From an uncultured Candidatus Saccharibacteria bacterium (lineage in GTDB: Bacteria; Patescibacteriota; Minisyncoccia; Sungbacterales; JBBTQR01), in NCBI GenBank assembly GCA_964365285.1, contig CAYIPF010000002.1, positions 1 to 50,290 on the forward strand: a DNA stretch of 50,290 bases, written 5' to 3'. The notes under the pieces were generated by a model that had not been told where the DNA came from, did no database searches, and saw only the letters and a program-made list of their open reading frames with translations. How positions within the stretch are numbered: position 1 is the stretch's first letter; every line of letters begins with the position of its first letter. The position numbers and the translations under genes were made by a program. Of the stretch, positions 42,601-50,290 are shown piece by piece.

Positions 42601-43151
42601 GCTAATGCTTCAGAGGGTTGCATGCCTGCGGAAACCGTAAGTCCTGATCCCAATGAAACGACGCCGGGAGTGACACCCGGAACTACCGGAACTACCGGAA
42701 CTACTACCACCATTGAACTATACTTTGCCTGTGAAAGAGGTCCGAAGTATCCAACCGCCGGCGAAACACCGTTTGCCGACTGCCACGCGGCGACTGCCGC
42801 TTTCGTAACTCCCCCAAAGAATCCGGTTGCTCCACCAGAATAGGTGAAGTGACCCGTACCCTTAAGATAATTTTGCAAACACGTTACATCATCACCCCTC
42901 ATTCCCATAGTAAGCGATTTGGTGAAGACGCATTTTGCACTGCTTCCTGACGACATAGAGCCGCCTGAAAGCGCTGTAAGCTGTGATGATAACGCGGCGA
43001 TCTGTGCTTGCAATGAAGCAATCAGATCAGATGTCGCGTCTGCAGACGCTGCTAAAGGCATAACCAACGCACCAGCTGAAAGCGACAAACTGGTCGCGAT
43101 CGCAAGCGCAACGGAGACACCTTTTTTGAAAACTTTATTTTTAGAATTCAT
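39657..43151 (-). CDS. giant secreted cell-surface protein with an N-terminal peptidoglycan-binding domain (S-layer-like candidate)
   Basis: 1164 aa. Signal peptide ...SLSLSAGALVMPLAASADA. PG_binding_1-like GMRGDDVTCLQNYLKGTGHF...GFFGGVTKAAVAAWQSANGV. A VVP linker is followed by about 950 aa rich in Thr/Ser/Gly/Ala/Val. Confidence 0.7.
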   Translation of the reverse strand: MNSKNKVFKKGVSVALAIATSLSLSAGALVMPLAASADATSDLIASLQAQIAALSSQLTALSGGSMSSGSSAKCVFTKSLTMGMRGDDVTCLQNYLKGTGHFTYSGGATGFFGGVTKAAVAAWQSANGVSPAVGYFGPLSQAKYSSMVVVVPVVPVVPGVTPGVVSLGSGLTVSAGMQPSEALAPNSAARIPFTKVVLTASSDGDVMVKSLTVERQGVGVDAALSEVVLLDENGIQVGLGKTLNSNHQVMLNEVFTVKAGTSRTMTLGASRPSSDSSSVAGQIIRLALVGVDAGSVMVYGSLPIVGNGMTMNASLTLGSVTVQTGSFKTVATTTEDIGKTAFKFTSVRVTAGSQEKVRITSIRWNQVGSAGVGDVANVKTVFDGTEYDAVASADGKYYTSKFGSGMVLDKGMSAEIYIKGDIMGGANRTVKFDLYRTTDLAVSGETYGYGITPPTSGTGFTSTNPWYFASQVTVGKGSLNVENATAIQAQNIAVNLSNQVLGGFSVEVRGEPVSVAKMIFNIATTSTGIGQLTSVAIYNSSGAIVAGPVDDNNGDDATLTFTDTVTFPIGKGTYTVKGKTPSGWSNNGTIQVSSTPSTQWTTVRGQITNETIAPTPSSAVSLSTMTAKSASLALSVSTDPVAQTVVAGGNQFTFANYQLDASASGEDVRLPSLPIEYNAASGATNLTSCQLYDGATSVTSGSNIVNPSAAASSTIFTLDGSGMTVTKGTIKTLTLKCNIASGASGTYAWGYDSASSPTATGLTSGQSVTVAESDSAGQLMTLTSGGTFTVALDSSSPAFAVATAGSTGNTVATLRFTTVNEAMDLKSVGLQLSNTASNSPSDLVKLTVWDGAIKVGEAIFTPSGVNPDFATSTFTSAVRIDKDTSKVLTVKADFSAQGTSQIGTPGSRVHVDWDGEANLATEAAGVSSGTTIRTTGTDTASAGVVIYKSYPTVSSVALSDTKLTAGRRDLFRFNVSANSAGDVGIYHVTFRIATSSATQQVDMIDGLNVYAFTDSTYATPVSGIQTDGAMQQGNLDISASWASASTNLTIGAADASNASTTVVVPAGQTRYFVIRGDATTAGTQFSVATQVQGDSKTVSSLTSGTSQGTYMATTTYILSSGDKDFVWRPFSTTTTQGVTANDYTTGYGLPGLPTTNMNQSILTQ
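42678..42704 (-). repeat. in-frame 9-nt x3 tandem repeat in the surface-protein linker
   Basis: CGGAACTAC x3 on the plus strand. It encodes the (V)VP repeats of the VVVVPVVPVVPGV linker. Confidence 0.85.
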
Positions 43152-43528
43152 ATGTTATTCTCTGTTTTTATTTATCCCCCCAAGAAAAGTTGCTTAATCC
43201 CGGGAAGAAGATTTTGCGCGACACATTACTCGACGAATAGCGCGCCCGCAAAACATTTCACAATTTAATTTTCTACCAACGGTACCATTCTGACATCTCT
43301 GCCAAAACAAAATCCAATTGGCCAAAAAAATACTACAATACTTTGAACCTTCTGTGTTTCGGAATTTTCTATACTCAAAAAAATTCCGATTCGTAATCTG
43401 AAATTCAGTAATCTATATTTGCTTTTCAATGAGCTATCGCTTCTGGAAAACAAATCCTTGCATCCTCAGCTCTGCACCTCAAACTCACAGTATATAGAAG
43501 CAGGACCGAAAGTGCAAATTATCAATGA

Positions 43529-43537
43529 TGTGGATAA
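43529..43537 (-). promoter_or_regulatory. perfect DnaA box (TGTGGATAA = reverse complement of TTATCCACA)
   Basis: Exact 9-mer within the 1.07-kb gene-free region. Confidence 0.6.
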
Positions 43538-43697
43538 CTTTTTTCTTAAAAACGCACAATTACAGGAAACTGCGCTTGGTTTCCTTGCCAATTCTTGTGC
43601 TCTATTATTATGACCCATAATGATCGCCGATCAAAAATATTGCAAACAATAGCATCAAACATATTATAGCGCATTATGAAAGTCAAGCAAATAATAG

Positions 43698-43706
43698 TTA
43701 TCCACA
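43698..43706 (+). promoter_or_regulatory. perfect DnaA box (TTATCCACA)
   Basis: Exact 9-mer, 161 nt from the other box and in the opposite orientation. Confidence 0.6.
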
Positions 43707-43882
43707 CCCCTTATTAAGTAAATACCGATTAAACGCGATCAAATGGCATGATTTTTGAATATTTTAAGCGATTTAAGCACTTTGTGCCGATTTCATCTAA
43801 CATGATTAGAGGAACAAGTGGATGAAAACACGCATATTTCGTTTCTAATCTTATCTCTTCCTTATATAGCGCGTTTATTTCT

Positions 43883-43959
43883 GTTTTTATTGTGGCTAGT
43901 GAGGAAGATATGAAAACAGAAGTTTTCATATCGACCGAGCGACGACACAAAATTGTACC
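43883..43959 (+). repeat. X repeat, copy X1
   Basis: 77 nt, 74/77 identical to the reverse complement of 47319-47395. Contains the perfect hairpin GATATGAAAAC AGAA GTTTTCATATC. It directly abuts R3. Confidence 0.9.
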
Positions 43960-44012
43960 CCGTTATATTACCTAGCGAAGATCGGGAAGCGGATACAGCA
44001 GTGTGCGCTTCC

Positions 44013-44048
44013 GAGCGAATGCGATGACCGAGCGCGAATGCGATGACC
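44013..44048 (+). repeat. 17-19-nt tandem duplication inside R3
   Basis: GAGCGAATGCGATGACC is followed by GAGCGCGAATGCGATGACC. Confidence 0.8.
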
Positions 44049-44059
44049 GAACGAGAGTG

Positions 44060-44119
44060 AGGAAATACTGAAGCCAGCAGGCGGAACGTAGGAAATACTA
44101 AGGCTAGCAAGCCGAATGT
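44060..44119 (+). repeat. 30-nt tandem duplication inside R3
   Basis: AGGAAATACTGAAGCCAGCAGGCGGAACGT is followed by AGGAAATACTAAGGCTAGCAAGCCGAATGT. Confidence 0.8.
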
Positions 44120-44223
44120 ACGGGAACAAAGGTTAATACCGTCCGCCTTTGGCGGACGATTGTACGAGCGAAGCGAGTTCCAACGATACCTTGGAGCTTT
44201 GCCCAGAGAAGCTTTATATTATT

Positions 44224-45081
44224 TTATTTTTTTAACGAATACATCGCCCATCTCCGATCCCCCGTTCTTTCAATCGCGTCTCGTTTAATAAGCTCGCTGA
44301 GATCGCGTTGTATTGTTTTTTGACCTATATTATTAAAAGACAATGCTATGTCCCTTATGCTTGCTTTGTCCTTTTTACCAAGAACATCGATAATTAGCTT
44401 GTGCCTCTCTGGGGATTTTTTCTGTATTTGATTTTCGTTTACAAATCGTTTTAAATCGTCTATTTTTGAGTGAGTAGGCAAAAATTCATTGCCCGTTTCT
44501 TTACGAATTAGCGATTCCGCTTTCATTGAAACAGAGTGCCGCTCCTGTGGCGCAGAAATTGCTTTTGCATTTTCCTCTCGCAAGAATCCAATTTTTGCTA
44601 CAAAGAAAAATTCTATTTCAGCGTATTCCCGATCTAAAACCTCTATATTAACGGACGATACAAACCGATTTACTCGCGCAAGCAATAAGACGCTTCTCAT
44701 CCCTCTTATTTTAGAAACAATTGACAGGAGCAATTCAAATGAATCACGAAGTGTTACATCGTAGCGTGTGGAATCTCGAAGTATTTCAAATGCCTCCTCG
44801 CGAAGTCGCCCTGCCAATATCTCGCGTTTTGGAAATAACGAAGTTACGCGATACACCGCGTGCGTTATCTCAAATATTTTTTTCTTTAATGCGTCTGATA
44901 AATCTCCTCGTGGCAAAGCCCCGAGGCATCCATCGGAACTCGCTTCGCTCGTACAAACGCGTGGCAAAGCCCGCGCGGTATTGACATTTGTTCCCGTCGC
45001 TTGCTCGGAAGCGTATACTGCTGTATCCGCTTCCCGACCTTCGCTAGGTAATAATTTTTCCTCGTTCATGTCATAAATCAT
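44224..45081 (-). CDS. helical (four-helix-bundle-like) domain plus C-terminal winged-HTH protein; start uncertain
   Basis: 285-aa ORF. C-terminal IRDIALSFNNIGQKTIQRDLSELIKRDAIERTG looks like a DeoR/MarR-type wHTH. The central FEITHAVYRVTSLFPKREILAGRLREEAFEIL resembles four-helix-bundle (23S-IVS-type) proteins. The first ~60 codons are encoded by repeat R4, and no internal ATG occurs before residue ~127. Confidence 0.55.
   Translation of the reverse strand: MIYDMNEEKLLPSEGREADTAVYASEQATGTNVNTARALPRVCTSEASSDGCLGALPRGDLSDALKKKIFEITHAVYRVTSLFPKREILAGRLREEAFEILRDSTRYDVTLRDSFELLLSIVSKIRGMRSVLLLARVNRFVSSVNIEVLDREYAEIEFFFVAKIGFLREENAKAISAPQERHSVSMKAESLIRKETGNEFLPTHSKIDDLKRFVNENQIQKKSPERHKLIIDVLGKKDKASIRDIALSFNNIGQKTIQRDLSELIKRDAIERTGDRRWAMYSLKK
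44904..45054 (-). repeat. R-family structured repeat, copy R4 (inside the 5' end of the 285-aa ORF)
   Basis: Sense strand: TTATTACCTAGCGAAGG, hairpin GGAAGCG/CGCTTCC, GGGAACAAATGTCAATACCG, hairpin GCGGGC/GCC(A)CGC, TTTGTACGAGCGAAGCGAGTTCC, hairpin CCTCGGGG/CCACGAGG. Confidence 0.85.
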
Positions 45082-45109
45082 GCATCAGTTAATTCCCAAA
45101 AGCTCTGCT

Positions 45110-47224
<2,115 letters not shown>

Positions 47225-47318
47225 TTATAGTATCATAGAGCGACTTGGGATGCCAGCGAAAAAACTTGCTTTGTTTAAATATTTTTGCGATAACAATGAA
47301 GAGTGCGAAATATAACTG

Positions 47319-47395
47319 GGTACAATTTTGTGTCGTCGCTCTGTCGATATGAAAACTTCTGTTTTCATATCTTCCTAGCTAGCCACAATAAAAAC
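47319..47395 (-). repeat. X repeat, copy X2 (inverted relative to X1)
   Basis: GGTACAATTTTGTGTCGTCGCTCTGTCGATATGAAAACTTCTGTTTTCATATCTTCCTAGCTAGCCACAATAAAAAC. Lies 119 nt upstream of the gyrB start. Confidence 0.9.
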
Positions 47396-47438
47396 CTCAT
47401 GAGACGAAACATCACAGGTTCTTATAGGAGGACGATTG

Positions 47439-47525
47439 ATGGCGATTTATTTTGTTGTTGGCTGGATGTTCTTTGTAATAGCGTTAGCAATATTCCTTAT
47501 CGTGCAAAACGATACTGATTTCTGA
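47439..47525 (+). CDS. candidate 28-aa hydrophobic mini-protein
   Basis: Not in the track (under 60 aa). AGGAGG at 47426-47431 lies 7 nt upstream of the ATG. My translation MAIYFVVGWMFFVIALAIFLIVQNDTDF is a single TM-like helix. A plus-strand hairpin plus T-tract follows at 47624-47650. Confidence 0.3.
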   Translation: MAIYFVVGWMFFVIALAIFLIVQNDTDF

Positions 47526-47563
47526 CGATTCTTCGAAAGAAAACCCGTATAATTAAATCATAT

Positions 47564-47594
47564 CCCGTTTACGAGGTTCAACCTCGTAAACGGG
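47564..47594 (-). terminator. perfect 13-bp hairpin downstream of pheT (possible terminator)
   Basis: CCCGTTTACGAGG TTCAA CCTCGTAAACGGG. On the minus strand it is followed by the AT-rich stretch ATATGATTTAATTA. Confidence 0.4.
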
Positions 47595-47623
47595 AACTCC
47601 GTCGCTTGCTTAAAAAGGCGGCT

Positions 47624-47650
47624 CCCGCTCTCACCAGCGGGTTTTAATTT
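47624..47650 (+). terminator. plus-strand hairpin plus T-tract (possible terminator for the mini-ORF transcript)
   Basis: CCCGCT CTCACC AGCGGG followed by TTTTAATTT. Confidence 0.4.
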
Positions 47651-47676
47651 ACCTTGAACCATGACATTATTCGCCA

Positions 47677-49749
47677 TTACCGTATCTCCCAATTTTTTTC
47701 GCGAAGCACATCTCTGATTTTTTCCATTACAACCCCGACTTCTTTGTCCTCAAGTGTCCGTTTTGGATCACGAAACACAAGCCGAAACGCCAAACTCCTC
47801 GTGCCTTGAAGAATGCCCACGCCGGCATACTCGTCAAAAAAATCAACATCTTCAAGAATCGCGCCACCGGCATTTTCAATAATTCCCTGCACTTCTTCAA
47901 TTCTAACATCCGCCGCGACTATAAGCGCGATATCCCGTTCAACCGCCGGAAATTTTGGAATTTCTTGAAATTCAATTTCGCTCTCCGCGTGACGAAAAAG
48001 CGCATCTAAAAGAAATTCCGCAATAAATACCCGCCGATCAATTTTCCAGTTCTCAAGAATTGACGGGTGCGCTTCTCCAAAAACACCAATCGTTTCATCT
48101 CCAATTTTTATCTCGCCACGCCGATATGGATGCAAATGCTTCAAAAGCTGTAATTTTGGATATGCCGGTTTATCTGAAAAATCGCCGTCAAACCAATAAT
48201 CATCAATGCCGAGAGAGTCCATAATCTCGCTCACCGAACCCTTCAGAGTGTAAAATCCCTCCTTTCCGTCATTCTTAATTTTTCGCGTGTCTTTAGCAGA
48301 AAGAATCGTAAGATACTCCTGCTCATTGACCGGAGTGTCTGCTCCGGCACCATGAATATGCAAAAACCCCTTATCAATGGAAAAAATATCAATATCATTG
48401 CGCTCGTTTTCTCCCGCGACAAAACGGAAAAAATTCTCGTATGGCTCGCGCACAAGATATGAAAGATCCGGCGAGATTGGATTTTCAAGCGCAATATACT
48501 CATCAATCCGAAGAGCGTTCTTTTTTATATCCCGCTCGCCGACAAACGCATAGCGATAAATTTCCGTGAAACAAAGACGGATTAAAGTTTTCCGAAGAAG
48601 CGCGCGCCATTCCAATGCATCATTCTTTACGGCTGGAATGAAAACGCGCGGAAGCTCTTCAAGAATCCGTTCATACCCAATCATTCGTACCACTTCTTCT
48701 ATAAGATCCTCCTCAATAGCAATGTCTCTGCGAAACGGCGGTGGCGATACGCGAAACACGGTACCCGATCCAGTCACCGCACAGCCAACGCGAAGAAGCA
48801 AAGATTTATATAATGCGGGTTTTAACGAAAGTCCGGAAAGTGCGTTTGCATACGCGCTATGGAAAAGAATTGCCGATACTTTTTCTTTTTTCGGATAGAC
48901 ATCATACGCACCCTTCAAACATTCGCCTCCAGCCACCCTTTGGATTACAGCGGCGAGCCGTTCCATTGCAAAAAACGCAAAATCAGGATGAAGATTATGT
49001 TCAAAACGACACGAAGAATCGGTTTTAATTCCCGTCCGCGCGCCAGTCGCGCGAACCGCGTAACCTTCAAAATTCGCGCTTTCAAGGATAATGTGTTTTG
49101 TGTTTACATCAACCTCGGCTTTATCTCCTCCTTTAATGCCCGCAATCGCCAGCGGGGCTTTCGTATCGGCAATCACCAGATCGTTGGGCATGAAAACAAC
49201 ATCTTGATTGTCTAAAGTTTTCATGCGCTCGCCTTGTTTGGCACGGCGAACAATAATTTTCCTTCCTTCAAGCTTATCGAGATCAAAAATATGGGTTGGC
49301 TGTCCGGTTTCGAGCATCACATAGTTGGTGGCATCAACGATATTATTTATCGGACGAAATCCGCACGAAACAAGTTTTTGCTTCATCCATTCCGGAGATT
49401 CGGCAATACGGACATTTTCTATGATCCGACCAACATATCTTTTGCACTTTTCTGTATCATCAATACGAACGGAAAGAACAGACGATGTTTTTTTCTTTGA
49501 CTCCTTTAATTTTAAATTTTTAATTTTAAATTTTAAATTTTGCAATGTTGCAATCTCCCGCGCCATTCCCATATGCCCTACCGCGTCAGGCACGCGATTA
49601 GGGGGAAGCTTTATTTCAAGCACCCAATCAGTACCAATTTTTTCTATGCCCTCTATCTCAAAAGCGCGCGCCGTTAAAAACTCCGCCAATTTTTCCGGCG
49701 ACTCTTTAATCGCAATAAATTCTTTGAGCCAATTATATGAAAACTTCAT
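47677..49749 (-). CDS. pheT: phenylalanine--tRNA ligase beta subunit
   Basis: 690 aa. MKFSYNWLKEFI... N-terminus, B3/4 region PTHIFDLDKL and B5 region. Sits downstream of pheS. Confidence 0.9.
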   Translation of the reverse strand: MKFSYNWLKEFIAIKESPEKLAEFLTARAFEIEGIEKIGTDWVLEIKLPPNRVPDAVGHMGMAREIATLQNLKFKIKNLKLKESKKKTSSVLSVRIDDTEKCKRYVGRIIENVRIAESPEWMKQKLVSCGFRPINNIVDATNYVMLETGQPTHIFDLDKLEGRKIIVRRAKQGERMKTLDNQDVVFMPNDLVIADTKAPLAIAGIKGGDKAEVDVNTKHIILESANFEGYAVRATGARTGIKTDSSCRFEHNLHPDFAFFAMERLAAVIQRVAGGECLKGAYDVYPKKEKVSAILFHSAYANALSGLSLKPALYKSLLLRVGCAVTGSGTVFRVSPPPFRRDIAIEEDLIEEVVRMIGYERILEELPRVFIPAVKNDALEWRALLRKTLIRLCFTEIYRYAFVGERDIKKNALRIDEYIALENPISPDLSYLVREPYENFFRFVAGENERNDIDIFSIDKGFLHIHGAGADTPVNEQEYLTILSAKDTRKIKNDGKEGFYTLKGSVSEIMDSLGIDDYWFDGDFSDKPAYPKLQLLKHLHPYRRGEIKIGDETIGVFGEAHPSILENWKIDRRVFIAEFLLDALFRHAESEIEFQEIPKFPAVERDIALIVAADVRIEEVQGIIENAGGAILEDVDFFDEYAGVGILQGTRSLAFRLVFRDPKRTLEDKEVGVVMEKIRDVLREKNWEIR

Positions 49750-49750
49750 A

Positions 49751-50110
49751 TTACTTTTCCTTGCCCTTACGCGCTTTCTTTTGATCTATCTCTTCTTGAA
49801 GCAATCGTACCGCGAGCTTATTCCCTATAAACGCCGAAAAACCATGCCGTGAATCTTCTATGCTCACAAAATTAAACTGCTTGCGATAGCGCGCATATTC
49901 TTCTTTTGTAATGGTATTATCAAGATATTTTTCATAAATTTGTGCGTCTTCTTCGGTGAGTTCGTTCGGATTAATACCCTGAAAATGAGCTGATCCGTGT
50001 TCTCCGCGAAGAAGAGCGCCTTCTTCTGCGCATTTTAATTCCCGCATTTTATTGCGAAATACTTCTAAATTTTCTGAATTATTTTCTCCGTTGTTAGGAA
50101 GTTCGCTCAT
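49751..50110 (-). CDS. hypothetical protein inserted between pheS and pheT
   Basis: 119-aa ORF. It starts 2 nt after the pheS stop and ends 1 nt before the pheT start. Charged/helical composition with a Lys-rich tail. No domain recognised. Confidence 0.5.
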   Translation of the reverse strand: MSELPNNGENNSENLEVFRNKMRELKCAEEGALLRGEHGSAHFQGINPNELTEEDAQIYEKYLDNTITKEEYARYRKQFNFVSIEDSRHGFSAFIGNKLAVRLLQEEIDQKKARKGKEK

Positions 50111-50112
50111 AT

Positions 50113-50290
50113 CTAAAATTGTTTTAAAAATCTCATATCACCGCTGTGAAACAGGCGAATATCCGGAATTTTATACTTCATCATCGCGAGGCGATCAATC
50201 GCCATCCCAAACGCAAATCCCTGCACCTCGGCTGAATTGTATCCTGATGCCTTAAATACATTCGGATGCACCATGCCCGCGCCCAAAATT
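50113..50290 (-). CDS. pheS: phenylalanine--tRNA ligase alpha subunit, C-terminal fragment (gene continues past the right edge)
   Basis: My translation of the minus strand is ...[58 protein letters not shown], with a stop (TAG) at 50113-50115. This is the class II motif 3 region of PheS. Confidence 0.9.
   Translation of the reverse strand, partial: ILGAGMVHPNVFKASGYNSAEVQGFAFGMAIDRLAMMKYKIPDIRLFHSGDMRFLKQF

Larger units (their letters stand above)
43971..44215 (+). repeat. R-family structured repeat, copy R3 (inverted, expanded by internal tandem duplications)
   Basis: Shares CCTAGCG, GGAACAAAGGTTAATACCG and GATTGTACGAGCGAAGCGAGTTCCAACGATACC with R1. Carries a perfect 8-bp hairpin CGTCCGCC TTT GGCGGACG. 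It lies just downstream of the stop of the 285-aa ORF. Confidence 0.85.

Noticed and set aside
40319-42843. Several 60-105-aa ORFs on both strands inside the surface-protein gene
   Set aside because: They are embedded in a continuous 1164-codon ORF with a signal peptide and a PG-binding domain. The biased composition of that gene generates long spurious frames.
43480-43530. GAAGCAGGACCGAAAGTGC as a possible SRP (4.5S) RNA helix-8 motif
   Set aside because: The order and orientation of the GNRA loop relative to the GAAGCAG motif do not fit helix 8 on either strand, and no flanking long helix was found.
19971-45054. CRISPR array as an explanation for the repeats
   Set aside because: The copies are 150-250 nt long, kilobases apart, in mixed orientation and diverged. 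There are no short regularly spaced direct repeats and no cas genes.
49507-49541. AT-only microsatellite-like run (TTAATTTTAAATTTTTAATTTTAAATTTTAAATTTT)
   Set aside because: It lies in frame inside pheT and encodes a Lys/Leu/Asn/Phe-rich surface insertion (LQNLKFKIKNLKLKESKKK). This is low-complexity coding sequence rather than a regulatory repeat.

Overview
Gene-dense, moderately AT-rich bacterial window using the standard genetic code (TGA acts as a stop in several ATGA start/stop overlaps). I call 41 CDS, 39 of them on the minus strand, in tightly packed operons. Positions 1-36.8 kb form one very large cell-surface glycan island. It contains:
- amino-sugar tailoring genes: two DegT aminotransferases, a PglD/NeuD-type acetyltransferase, an NDP-hexose C-methyltransferase, an RmlC-like cupin and a DUF218-like protein;
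- a polyprenyl-phosphate GT2 plus GT-C (PMT/ArnT-like) pair, and two SAM methyltransferases;
- four paralogous TagB/TagF-like GT-B proteins;
- a neuC-neuA-neuB nonulosonic-acid module co-transcribed with a fused transketolase and an SDR;
- a second NeuB-like/cytidylyltransferase module with an enolase-superfamily dehydratase and a ketopantoate-reductase-like enzyme, next to an aldehyde dehydrogenase;
- gmd, and eight GT4 domains in seven genes.
Downstream lie a secreted LTD/PKD protein, a TPR protein and a 1164-aa peptidoglycan-binding surface protein. After these come a 1.07-kb gene-free region with two perfect DnaA boxes, a helical/wHTH gene, gyrB, and pheS-orf119-pheT. The domain content and one-strand compact layout are reminiscent of Patescibacteria/CPR, but that is inference only.
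The part not explained by gene calls is the non-coding fraction. There are three families of hairpin-rich dispersed repeats: R (4 copies), S (2 copies plus a fragment) and X (2 copies plus a fragment). There is also a duplicated 53-nt promoter cassette. These elements sit at the boundaries of gene modules. R1/R2 are near-identical direct repeats bracketing a 4-gene ulosonic-acid cassette. S-A/S-B bracket the 10-kb GT4 block. X1/X2 are inverted repeats bracketing gyrB plus the HTH gene. R and S show compensatory stem changes between copies with conserved unpaired blocks, which suggests selection on structure (RNA or ssDNA). The only two G8 homopolymer tracts in the window sit in the 5' end of a GT4 gene and 1 nt upstream of the gmd start, making them candidate phase-variation switches. 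I recognised no transposase, integrase, CRISPR array, tRNA or rRNA.
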